Positions 25,779 to 47,081 of a stretch of DNA of 64,000 nucleotides are shown here, in pieces (position 1 is the first letter of the stretch; every line of letters begins with the position of its first letter). A model generated the notes under the pieces. The model was not told the origin of the DNA. It did not search any database and saw only the letters and a program-made list of their open reading frames with translations. The DNA comes from the human T2T-CHM13v2.0 reference genome, Homo sapiens. A program made the position numbers and the translations under genes. The stretch lies in NCBI RefSeq assembly GCF_009914755.1, contig NC_060932.1; one strand, written 5' to 3'.

Positions 25779-27669
25779 GATTTATTAAAGCTGAGCCAGC
25801 TTTTTTGATAGGGACCACCATAGATTATAGCAGCAGCAGCTATTTTCTCCAGAACTATTCAGGTTTTCTAGAAAAGCAGCCTCTTATCTCTTGCCCATTG
25901 CATCAAATTCTGGGCCTTTTCTCCGATTCTGCAGATTAGGTTAGCTCATTCCTGTCTGGTGTTCTCTGCAGGCTCTTAGGTTTCGCCCTCCAACCTCTGC
26001 CTGTTCTCCACTCTTCCATTGGCTTTCTGTCTTCAGATAGTGTGGGCTTTCTCTTTTCTTTTGCATTTTCCCTCTTGTTTTGAGGGGAATTCTGAGAGAA
26101 AAGATGAAACATCTTTTTGCCAACATTTCAAAACAAGTCATTTCCTGAACCTTTCAACTGACCAGTTTCTCTGTCTACATCATTTAAAATGGAGAGAGCT
26201 GGGCATGGTAGCTCACACCTGTAGTCCCAGTTACTCAGGGAGGGGAGGTGGGTGGTGAAATGGGAGTTTTGCTTGAGGCCAGGAGTTTGAGAACAGCCTG
26301 GCAACAGAGCAAGATCCTGTCTCTACATTTTTTTTTTTAAAGGCAAAATCTCATTCTGTCACCCAGAGTGGAGTGCAGTAGCATAATCATAGTTCACTGC
26401 AGCTCTGAACTCTTGGGCTCAAGAGATCTTCCCACCTCAGCTTCCTGAGTGACTGGGACTATAGGCACACGCCATACTACACCTGGCTAATTTTTCTTAA
26501 TTTTTTTTTTTAGAGACCAGGTCTCGCTATGTTGCCCAGGCTAGTTTTGAACTCCTGGCCTCAAGTGATCCTCCCACCTTTGTCTCGAAAGTTACTGGGA
26601 TTACAGGTGTAAGCCATCATGTGGGCCTAAAAAATATATATTTTTTAAATGGAGAGACTATGCTAATGTTTCTTCTACTCAGGGCTGTTGACACCTAATT
26701 AGTCAACGTTAATGTATTTACAAAGATGAAATCCTGATGGAAGTATTCACTGGCATACTGTTTTCCAGAGGGTATAGAAATAAAATCTATTATATAGATT
26801 TTAAATTGCCTTTTAGAATTTCTCATTTCAAAAAAAAAAGGGTTTTTTTTCCCCATGGTAATTTTAGATTTTGACAGGCTAGTGTTTGTTCATCTTTCAT
26901 GGCCAATTCAAATATCCAGAGTATGACATCAGGAGAAGATTCATAATTCAAAGCATGCTGAATGTAGCTTTCTGAAAGTTGTTCTCATGGTATTAAGGTG
27001 TGAGGTTTATTTTTAAAATAGACTTTTATTCCCTAACCTCATTTTAATGGTTTTGTTGTTGTTGTTGTTTTTGAGCATAGAACCATGGTTTTTCCATCTC
27101 AGAAACTTGTGTCAAATTTCTTACCAAGTAATTACTTAGAATAAAAGACTATCTTCAAGTAGTTTAAACAGCCACACAGTTTTCTGAATATATGGTACAG
27201 AATGCCTGTTTTAGAAAGTCCAGGGCTAGACTTGCAGGAGAACTAAAGGAGACCAAGATCTGGTATGGTGCCATATTATGAAAGAATGGTCCTATGTGTG
27301 ATCATTTAGACTTCTTTGACTTTTCTTTTGCCATTTTTTTTTTGAGACAGGTTCTCACTTTGCCACTCAGGCGAGAGTGCAGTGATGTGATCTCAGCTCA
27401 CTGCAGCCTTGACCTCCTGGGCTCAAGTGATCCTCCCATCCCAGCCTCCTGAGTAGCTGGGACTACAGGTGTGTGCCACCACGCCTGGCTAATTTTTAAT
27501 TTTTTTGTAGAGACAAGGTCCCATTATGCTGCCGTTTTGTACCACTTTAATATAAAGCTAAAAATCTTCCTTATCTTTTAAACTTTTAGCCACTTAGTAA
27601 TTTCATTTTTTAAAAGTCTATTTGATTTGTTAAGTCTCTATTAAAAATGATGCAATGTGCTTTGCTGTG

Positions 27670-27870
27670 TAGCACAGCAGACAGAACACAAGCGTTAGTG
27701 TTGGACAGGCCTGGGCTTGGATTCTCGCACTGTGGATCACTAACTGTGAATCTCAGTGAGTTACTTAATGTTTCACTTTCCACATCTGTCCAATGGAGAG
27801 TTCATAAGGTTTTCCTTATTGGGATTACATGAGGTAATGCTTGTAAAGGCCTCAGCACCAGGCTCAGCTC
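27670..27870. mobile_element. MIR SINE
   Basis: MIR core-like sequence (CTGTGAATCTCAGTGAGTTACTTAAT...TTTCCACATCTGT...AATGG). Confidence 0.6.
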
Positions 27871-28651
27871 TTGTTATTGAGGTATGTGAAGCATCTAACA
27901 CACTGCCTTTTCCTCCTACTCTGCCTCCTACTTACTCAGGATGTTCTGCTGAGTCAAAGCTAGCAGTAGAAAATTATATAATATAAATCCTTTCTTCTCA
28001 TTCTTAGAAGATTTAATTTGGAGATCGTTTTGGTAAATTTAAAAAATACTGCCACTAAAGTAGTATTTATTTATGCTCGAAGGTTTCTAAAGAATTGATC
28101 CCTGACTGTGCTGAACTGGCAACCTATAAAAACAACAGTGAGTTGCTGGAGGGAACTCCACATTTTTGAAATAATTTGTTTGCTAAGCTACTCGAGTTTT
28201 GGGTATTACCTAGGGGAATTTATAAATATGTCAAGCCTTGATAGATTTTTCCTTCTTATGTTAATGCACTATTAATATGCTGGGCTCATCCTGCCTGTGG
28301 GCCATGTGTCATCCCTGCTGTTACCGACATCACCAGCATCTCGATCCTCCTGGACCTGACCTCGTGCTCATTTGCTGGCGAGGAACCCACAGGACCAGGC
28401 CAGCAGTGCCTTGGATTCACATTTCCTTCTAACACCACTGATTTAGAGATCAATAAACTCTCTACCCTGACAAGTAGAAGGAGTAGGCTCATCAATTTTA
28501 ATTTTGAAAATTGCCTACATACTGTTGTCATCACTTTGAGTTACTTTTAAAAAGATGGTGGACTCATCAATTTGAAACTTGTCATGTCAGAGTTGGCCAT
28601 TAGGGACTTCTGATTTTGATATTAAATTATTTCCTGTAAAATTCTCACTAG

Positions 28652-28786
<135 letters not shown>

Positions 28787-29697
28787 TGAGTAGCTCTGGG
28801 ACTACAGGCGTGCATCACCACGCCCGGCTAAATCTCTAGATATTCTAAATGAATGAATGCTTATGAGAGAAAATATGGTTAAGAAAATACGAGAGTGGAA
28901 GGGATGGACCCATATTGTATTATTCAGAAAGTTATTCAGTCAATATACGTCAAAATGGGCAAAATTGGACTTGTTTCATCTTATAGAAAAGTTATTTTTG
29001 GCTGGGTGCGGTGGCTCACACCTGTAATCCCAGCACTTTGGGAGGCCGAGGCGGGCGGATCACGAGGCCCGGAGTTCGAGACCAGCCTGGCCAAAATGGT
29101 GAAACTCCATCTCTACCCACTACACTCCAGTCTGAGCTACAGAGTGAGACCCTGTCTCAAAAAACAAAAACAAAAACGAAGAATAACAGTAAAAACCCAG
29201 CTATTCAGTTTCCTGTTCTCTTGATGGACACTTGGGTTGTTGCTAGTTTTTCGCTAGTACGAACATTGACTTCTGGCACACATCTATTGGTGAATGTGAG
29301 CAAGAATGGAATTGCTAGACCAGTTGCTTAATTTCTGAATTTCATATGAAACGTGATTTGCTTTTCTTTGAATTTAAGGAGGATTTGAGATTGAGATAAT
29401 TTGGTTCAAATCAGTGGTTTGATAATGTTATATCAATTTTAGCAATTTTTCTAGGAAGAATAGTTTCCTTTTGAAATTAGAGACGATTGATTTATTCAGA
29501 AAGGCCAGCAAGTGAGGAATTTGAGATAATTTAGATATGTTTATATATAGATGCAGAAATATAAAGATATGAGACATGGTTTCAAGAGTTGGAATACAAT
29601 AATAATAATGGCCAAATTATATTAAGTATGTAAAAAATAGAATGACTGCCTTGGTACATGGCAACTGAGTATCAGCCTCTGCCTGGAAATAGTTTCT

Positions 29698-29700
<3 letters not shown>

Positions 29701-29741
<41 letters not shown>

Positions 29742-29742
29742 T
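29701..29742. repeat. (GT)n microsatellite
   Basis: About 21 GT units with one interruption. Confidence 0.95.
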
Positions 29743-30263
29743 AAATCTCTAAATATGAGAGGTGAAAAAATTACCTTCAGATTTCTTGGGTTTGGATAAA
29801 TAAGGAATTCTTTTCTATACATTCAGCCTGCCTTGATTCCCAGTGCATCTTCTACTATATGGAAGTAACATGCTGAATCAGTTTTTACTGTGACATTTGA
29901 AATTCTTCAAATTCAAGGAAGAGATGAGTCAATAATGGCTATCATGATAGTCAACTTTGCGATTAGTGTTTATTGCCAATGCTGTCCTTTGTACATATCT
30001 GGAAATGTTTTACAAATAAAATGTATGTACATTTCTGATATAATGCCTTCCTTTCTGGAAAATTCTTATAACAATCTAACATCGCTCACTTTAAAAATGT
30101 CCTCCCTTCCTTCCTAGTTCTCTGCTTAAGACATTTATTTTGCCCCAGCCTGAGCCAGGCACCTATTTGTCTAGGTGCTAGAGATACTATCCAATCCTGC
30201 CCTCAAAGAATGTAGAGTTTAGTGGGATAGAAGAATATGTAAACAGGCAATTGCTAGGCATTA

Positions 30264-31069
<806 letters not shown>

Positions 31070-31485
31070 TCATTAAATTTAAGTACTGGTTTACATATTC
31101 ATTTTTATAGGGCATTTCTGTACATATATTTTCAGAGCTTAAATGAAAAAGAAAACTCATTTGTTATGAGCTTCTTAAAATACCATTCTATTTTCTTATT
31201 TGTACTTCATGAAAAAGGAGAACTCTTTTCTCATTGCCTTAAGTACTTTTTTAATATCATGAGTCATCACTTCTGGAAAGTTCTTATTCAGAAAATACTT
31301 AGCTGTCATTGAGCACATCTTATAATTATGTTAATGAATTATAAATATGGTATGACATTTTGAATTATTTTGAATTATTTAAAACAATACATGGATTTCT
31401 TGAATCTATCTACACTTAATAAATGTGGATATTGTAATACTATCTTGCTTCACTATAAGAAAGAATAGGTACACAATAGGAATAA

Positions 31486-31962
<477 letters not shown>

Positions 31963-32042
31963 TGAAGAGTGCGTAGTAGAGGGGGAAGACAAGACAGCAG
32001 GTGTGGACTCTGTTCATTCAGTAAAACTTACTGTATGTGTAG

Positions 32043-32144
32043 TATGGTGACCAACCACCCTTGACTGCGGTAGTTTCCTGGAATGCATGACTTGGCAATG
32101 TTAAAACCAAAAGTCTGGGGCAATCTGGGGCAATTGGTCACCTA
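32043..32144. mobile_element. MER81 (hAT-Blackjack MITE)-like
   Basis: Terminal inverted repeats GGTGACCAA ... TTGGTCACC, about 100 bp. Confidence 0.7.
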
Positions 32145-34228
32145 CAGGGCAGATATTATGCTAGGTTCTAAGGATGTAAAGGAAATAAACATGCAAAAAG
32201 AGAATTATTATGTAGGATGATAATTTAAGATAGCATTAAATTTAGGGGGCTATGGGAATACCCCCTATGTAGCAGAAGATGGTCAGAGAAGGCTTCAGGG
32301 AGAAGGTGATATAGTTGAAATGAATCCAGAGAAAGGAGTAGGAGTTACCCTGTGAAAAACTGGGGGGGTGGGGGAGACAGAGCATTTCAGGCAGAAAAGT
32401 GTGCTGCATGTGGTTTTTAGAGAAATGCAAGCTGTTTTTTTCCAGAAAGAGAAGAGGAAGTAGCTAAAGGGGGCCAGGTGCTTATCCACAGTGGTTTGAG
32501 GATGTAGGGGATGCTGAGGGAGATTAAGCCTGATGTTTTCGGCGAGACAAGGACATTGCTTGGGGAGAAGGGAGAGTAAAGGGAAGTGGGGAGTTTGAAG
32601 GGAGTGGGAAGTCACAGGTTTCTTTATTTTTTTAGAGACAGGGTCTCACTCTGTTGTCCAGACTGGAGTACAGTGGCATGATCATGGCTCACTATAACCT
32701 CAAACTCCTGGGCTCAAGCCTCAGCCTCCCACTTCAGCCTCCCAGAGTGTTGGGATTATAGGTGTGAGCCACCATGCCTGGCCAGAAGTTACAGATTTCT
32801 GAGGTAATCAAATGAGAGCATATTAGGTGAAAAAGCTCTGAATATTACAAACATTAAAATAAATAGCTAACACTTATTGGATGCTTGTTTCAGGTACAAC
32901 AACATTATTATATTTAATTATCACAACAATCACGAGATAGGTACCATTATTATTTCCATTTTGCAGATGAGAAAAACTAGGCAAAAAAAGTTAAAACATG
33001 CCCAAGGTTACACAGTTCCTAAGAGGTGGCAGCCAGAATTCTGTAGCTTCCATGAAGCCTACAACCTCTGCATTTAATGCATTTCCATATGTGACCTTAT
33101 GTGATACTCACAACCACCTCTTGTGCTAGTATTATTCCTAGATGAACCAAGGTAGAAGCTTGTCCCAAATCACATAGGTAGTCAAGATATACAGTTAGGC
33201 AAATGCATAGGAGAGGACTAGGGGAAGATACTCGTAAATTGCTGAGACTTTGCTTTTCTCTGTATTATATACTTTCCCAGCTTGCAAAAACTATTTTAAA
33301 AAAGAATATGGGCCAGGCACGGTGGCTCACACCTGTAATCCCAGCACTTTGGGAGGCCCAGGAGGGTTGATCACCTGAGGTCAGGAGTTTGAGACCAGCT
33401 TGACCAACATGGAGAAACCCCGTCTCTACTAAAAATACAAAATTAGCTGGGCGTGGTGGTGCCTGTATTCCCAGCTACTCAGGAGGCTGAGGCAGGAGAA
33501 TCACTCGAACCTGGGAGCGGAGGTTGCAGTGAGCCAAGATCGTGCCATTGCACTCCAGCTTGGGCAGCAAGAGCGAAACTCCCTCTCAAAAAAAAGAAAA
33601 GAAAAGAAAAGAATATGATCTCCCCCTCTCCATACCTCCAAAATATTCTAGCCACTCATTTGAATTCCAATCCACGTTCTCCTAGAAGTCATGGATATCA
33701 CTTCTTAACTCCTAACCAAATCACAAGATTGTTAATAGACTTTAAATGCCCTTATGACCTCTGAACTCCAATTGCCCTCTAGGCCCCTGAGTCTTTTGGC
33801 AGTGCTGGAGGCTCTTTGGAGCTTTGTTTGATTTGTAACCCCCTTTTGCAGCATGGGAGAAAACTTTAGAGGCCTGGAGGTGGGACTCACATAAGCTTCA
33901 GCAGAATTGGTTGTTAAAGGAAAGGTTGGGATTAACACTCCCATCAAAGGCACACAAGGGTCTTGGCAGCATGGGGTAGAGTTTGGGATATTCACAGATC
34001 AGGGCTTTTCTGTTTAAATTGTGACCAATGTTGGCTTTAGATAATTTCCTGCATTTGCAAATGAGGAATGAGAGATAATGCAAAAACTAAGGAACATTGC
34101 ACCATTTTTACGTTGCTAATTAATGATTGAGACAGGACTGGACTTAAGACTCTACCCGCTTAATTCAGTACTGCAGTGGGATTAAAAGTCAGTGAGGCTT
34201 GACCACCAAGATTACTGATTTGCTGGGA

Positions 34229-35445
<1,217 letters not shown>

Positions 35446-35716
35446 CTATTCTAAACCCTGTAGGCCCAGTGGTGAACATGACAGACGCAGTCCCTGCCCT
35501 CATGGCTCTTAGGGTTTGGTAGGTGAAACAGTTATAAAACAGTTAAATGACTATTTACTTTCATTTGTATGCTAAATGATATGTATTAACAGGGTAAGTG
35601 TAGGCTCCTATGTGAGTATAACAGGGACCTTCACTTAAGTCAGGGGTCAAGGAAAGCTTCCCTGAGAAAGTCCAATTTAGGCTGATTCACAGAGAGCGAG
35701 AAGGAGTTAGCCAAAG

Positions 35717-36105
35717 TGTGATAGCCTGAATTGTGTCCCCTCAAATTCATATGTTGATGTTCTAGCCCCCAGTATCTCAGACTGTGACTGTATTTGGAGA
35801 CAGGATCTTTAAAGAGGTAATAAAGTTAACATGAGGTCCTATGGGTGGGCCCTAATTCAGTATGACCATTGTTCTTATAAGAAGAGGAAATTTGGACTTA
35901 GCTACGTACACAAGGAAGATGCTGTGAGGACACAGGGAGAAGGCAGCCGTCTACAAGCCAAGGAGAGGAGGCTCAGGAGAGACCAGCTCTGGTGGCACAT
36001 TGATCTCAGACTTGTGCCTCCAGAATTGTGAGACAATGCATTTCTGTTGTTTAAACCACCCAGTCTGAGGTACTTGTTTATGACAGTCCAAGCAAACTAT
36101 ATACC
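35717..36105 (+). mobile_element. MLT1-type solo LTR inside an L2 remnant
   Basis: TGAATTGTGTCCCCTCAAATTCATATGTTGA...GTATTTGGAGACAGG...TTTCTGTTGTTTAAACCACCCAGTCT. Confidence 0.8.
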
Positions 36106-36232
36106 AAACAAAAAATAGAGATGTGTGTTCCAGATGGAGTAAAAAAAAATGTATGAAGACTCAGAGGAGGGTTATGTGGGCTGGTTTAGTACTTACAAGG
36201 ACTCACTCCATCTATGAGGAGCACAGGAATAA

Positions 36233-36586
<354 letters not shown>

Positions 36587-37250
36587 TAAGCTCAAGCAGT
36601 CTGCCTGCCTCGGCCTCCCAAAGTGCTGGGATTACAGGCGTGAGCCACTGTGCCAGGCCAGCATCAACTATTTTTAAAAAGATAATAATCTGGACATGTA
36701 AGATTTATGTATTTATTGATGACCCAGTCTCCCTTAACCTTATCACGTATAGATCTGCTTCTAAGTTTATTATATACTTCTGAGGTTCTTTGCCTAGAAG
36801 GATGTTTTTCTACCTTTCTGCCCCTGAAGATTCAATGCATAGTGCAAAAGGGCAGGAATCCTACCTACGTGATCCCTTTCCTAACTACTCAGGCCCTATT
36901 TTTTTTTTTTTTTTTTTTGAGACAGGGTCTCGCTCTGTTGCCCAGGCTGGAATGCAGTGGCATGATCATGGCTCACTGCAGCTTCAACCTCCTTGGCTCA
37001 AGTGATCCTCCTCCCTTAGCCTCCTGAGTAGCTGGGACTACAGGCATGTACCACCACACCTAGCTAATTTTTGTATTTTTTTTGTAGAGACTCAAAAAGT
37101 TCTCACCATGTTACCCAAGCTGGTCTCGAACTCCTGGGGTCAAGTGATTCTCCTGCCTAGGCCTCTCGAAGGGCTGGGATTACAGGCATGAGCCACTGTG
37201 CCTGGCCCTCAGTCCCCATTTGTCTTTCCTCTTTCAATGGTTGTATGGGC

Positions 37251-41260
<4,010 letters not shown>

Positions 41261-41347
41261 TGGGCTGGGCATGGTGGCTCACGCCCCAGCACTTTGAGAG
41301 GCTGAGGCGGTCAGATCACAAGAGGCTAGGTGTTTGAGACCACCCTA

Positions 41348-41584
<237 letters not shown>

Positions 41585-41813
41585 TTATTATATAAAATTT
41601 CAAACATAAAAAAGTCATCTGAATAGTATAATTAGCCTTCATAAGCCTACTGCCCCGTTTCAACAGTTAGCTAATTATGGCTAAATCTTATTGCACTCCC
41701 CTGCCCCTACACACACATAATTTTGAATCAAATCCCAAACATCAGATTGTTTCATCTCTAAATATTTAAGTATTAGCTCTATAACATAGACTTTTTAGAC
41801 TCTTTTTTTTTGA

Positions 41814-42353
<540 letters not shown>

Positions 42354-43605
42354 TTATTTTTATGATTTCTTATTATTGGCTATCTAGTCATGTTTGAATT
42401 CTCAAATTGCCTCATAATTTTTTTAGTTGTTTAGTCTAATCAAGATCTAAATAAGATCCATACAATTGGTAATTGATATCTCATTTTAAGTCTTTTATTC
42501 TGTATATCTGCTGCCTTTCTTTTTTCCCTTATAATTTATGTAATAAAGAAACCAGGTCATTTAGCCTGTAGGATCTCCCACTAAAGTTTACTGATTGCAT
42601 CCCTATGATGTCATTTGACATGTACTTCTGACCCCTGCAGTCCCTATAAATTGGAAGTTAGAGCTAGAAACTTAATGAGATTTAGATTCAAGTATTTTGG
42701 CAAGAATACTGCATAGTGATGTGTTTTTCCATCAGGAGGCATAAAATGTTTGGTTAGTGCTCTTTTTATGAGATAAGCAGCCATTGATCATCATTGCCTA
42801 CGTGCATTAATTCATTAATTAATTCATTGCAAAATGGCAGCATTCTGCCTTTATGCATTACCTGGAATTCTTCTGTAACAAGAAACTTCTCCTCATTGAC
42901 TATTTGGTTACCTGGAGTGCAGTTTATATTGGAAGGCAGGATATAGGCTTGATTCTTATCTTTTATTTACCAGTTTTCAAAATAATGAGTTAGTTCCTTA
43001 TGGTTATCGAAAGGTAAACCATGAGGTTTGTTTTCTATTTTTTAGTATCTTTGTAAATTCCTGGATTTACATGTTCGATATATTTCAATTCATAATGGTG
43101 ATTCTTTTTTATGATCGATTTTGCCATCTTTGAATTAGTTTCTGAGGTTTTTCACATGACTCTGGTAGTCATTGATATCATACTGGAAAGTAAGGAAGTT
43201 AGGACATTCCAGGCTCATCTTGTACATTTTCTGCTGCAGGTCTGCAATCAGCCAGTTCTCCAAGGAGCCCTAGTTCATATTAGTGGGAAATATTTAGGGA
43301 CCATAATCTTGGTACTAGGGGTGTTCATTTCCCTAGATTGGTCACTGATTTTAGCTTTTTCCATGCTAGAGCTAGGAAATACATACATATAAATATATAT
43401 GTGTATTTATATGAATATACATATATTTATGTACACATAAAATATACATATGTATATTTTAAAGATAAAATACAACATATATTCATACTGATACTTCCAA
43501 TTGAAATTCAGTACTACAGGTTTTTTTGGTTTTTTTAAACCCAAGTTCATCTGTATCTCCTTTCTCCTACATCAGAATTCCTGGTTCTTAAGGATAGGAA
43601 CATAA

Positions 43606-43740
<135 letters not shown>

Positions 43741-45419
43741 TGATCCTCCTATCTCTCAGCCTCCCGAGTAGCTGGAACTACAGGCATGTGCCACCACACC
43801 CGGCTAATTTTTATAGAGACAGGATTTTACTGTGTTGCCTAGGCTGGTCTGGAACTCCTGGGCTCAAGCGATCTGCCCACCTTGGCCCCCCAGAGTGCTG
43901 GGATTACAGGCATGCACCACCACACCTGACCCATTTTCTTTATTTTACAACATGAACATGATCTCATATAATGATTACCTGAATAGAGTTTAAGATTTTT
44001 TTATAATTTTTTTTTTACAGTTCTTTTGTCCTTTGAGTTTATTCCACTAGGGAAAGATATCCTTTATTTTGAAGTTATTTGAAGGAATTCCCCTTATCAG
44101 TTAGGTCAATTTATTTAATTTTGGGAAGGAACCATGTTAAATGTTTCTGCTTTTAGTCCTTATTATATTTCCCTCCACATCTCTAAATAATAAAATTATA
44201 TTGTACCTTTTCTGAATTTAATTTGTACATTATCTTTTGTTTTTGTTTTGTTTTTTGAGAAAGGGCCTCACTCCAGTTGCCCAGGCTGGAGTGTATTGGT
44301 CTGCTCTTGACTCACTACAGCCTCAACCTCCTGGGTTCAGGTGATCCTCCCACCTCAGCCTCCTGTAGCTGGGACTACAGGCATGCTCCACTACGCCTGG
44401 CTAATTTTTTTTTGTTAATTTTGTCAGTAGAGATGGGGTTTCACCATGTTGTCCAGGCTGGTCTCAGGCAATCCACAGCCCTTGGCAACTACCAATCTGT
44501 TTCCCGTTTCTATGGAGCTAAGTGTCTGTAACATTATGCTAAATGAAATAAACCAGACACCAGAGGTAAGAACTGTATGATTCCATTTATGTGGAATATA
44601 AATATAAATATAGCATAATGTTTTCAAGGTTCATTCATTTTGTAGCATGTATCAGTACTTCATTCCTTTTTATGGCCGGGTAATATTCCATTGAATGTAT
44701 ATACCACAGTTTATCCATTCATTGGCTGATGGACACATGGGTTATTTTCACCTCTTGAGTATTGTGAACAGTGCTGCTGTGAACAAACATGTGCAAGTAA
44801 GTATTTGTTTGAATACCTATTTTCAGTTTTTTGGGGGTATATATCTAGAAGTAGAATTGCTGGGTCATACAGAAATACTGTGTTAAACTTTTTGAGAAAC
44901 CTCAAAATTGTTTTCCACAGCAGCCACACCATTTTACATTTTCACCACCAATGTACAAGGCTTCAACTTCTCCACATCCTCACCAACACTTAGTTTTCAC
45001 TTTTTTGATTATTGCCATCCTAGTGAGTGTGAATTGGTATCTCATTGTGATTTTGATTTGCGTTTCCCTAATGACTAATGTTGTTGAGCAACTCTTCATG
45101 TGCCTGTGGCCATTTGTATATTTTCTTTGCAGAAATGTCTACTTAAGTCTTTTGACCACTTTAAATTGGATTCTTTGTCTTTTCTGTTGAGTCAAACAAG
45201 TTTTTTATGTATTCTGGATGCTAGACTCTTATGAGATAATGTGATTTGCAAATATTTTCTCTCAGTATTGTTCAATTTGCTCTTATTTTTGTTGTTGGTG
45301 AGTTGAAAGTTGAGGTCATTGATTTGAGATTTTTTTTCTTTTCCAATATGGGCAATACCTTCTAAGTCCTAGTTTAGTGCACTCCACAACGTTCGATATG
45401 TTATTTTCATTTTCATTCA

Positions 45420-45644
<225 letters not shown>

Positions 45645-46005
45645 TTAGCCGGGCGCCATGGCGGGCACCTGTAATCCCAGCTACTCAGGAGGCTGAGGCA
45701 GGAGAATGGCATGAACCTGGGAGGCAGAGCTTTCAGTGAGCCGAGATGGTGTCACTGCACTCCATCCTGGGTGACACAGCAATACTCCGTCAAAAAAAAA
45801 AAAAAAATTGGATTTTTCCAAATGTCTTGCTGTTATTGATTCCTAATTTAATTTTATTATAGTTAGAGAACATACTTTGTGTGATTTGAATTGTTTTAAA
45901 TTTATTGATTTTATGGCTCAGAATATGGTCTGCCTTGGTGAATATCTTGTGTACACATGGAAAGTATATATATTCTATTTTGGGGTGTTCTACAAATATC
46001 AATTA

Positions 46006-46287
<282 letters not shown>

Positions 46288-46639
46288 TCAAAATATAAAT
46301 AAATAAATAAATAAATAAAATCTCAAGATGGTTAATAGTGTTGTTTAGGTCTTCTATATACTTGCTGATTTTCTCTCTACTTGTGTTATTATGAAAGGGG
46401 TTTTGAAACTTCTAACTATAATTGTGGGTGTGTCTATTTCTTCTTGAAATATTTTCAGTTTTTGTTCATATATTTTGAAGCTCTGTTATTAGGTACGTAA
46501 ACATTTAGAATTGTTGTGTCCTCTTGATAAATTGGCCCCTTTACCATTATTAAATGACCTTCTCTTTCCACGGTAATATTATTTGCTTTGAAACGTTCTT
46601 GATATATTCATATAGCTGCTCTAGCTTTCTTTTTTTTGA

Positions 46640-46741
<102 letters not shown>

Positions 46742-47081
46742 TGAGCTGCTGGGATTACAAGCATGCACCACCACACCTGGCTATTGTATTTTTAGTAGAG
46801 ACAGGATTTCTCCATGTTGGTCAGGCTGGTCTCAAACTCCCGACCTCAGGTGATCCGCCTGCCTCAGCCTCCCACAGTGCTGGGATTACAGGCATCAGCC
46901 ACCACACCCGGTCAAGTTTGTCTTTCATATTGCTATTTGTTTTCTATTTATCTGTTCTTCATTTCATTTTTCTTCATTTTCTGCTTTATTTTGGATTAAG
47001 CATTATTATCCCATTTTATGTCCTTTGTTCCCTTATTAGTTATAACTCCTGTTTTTCCTTTTAATGGTTATTTTATTTTAG

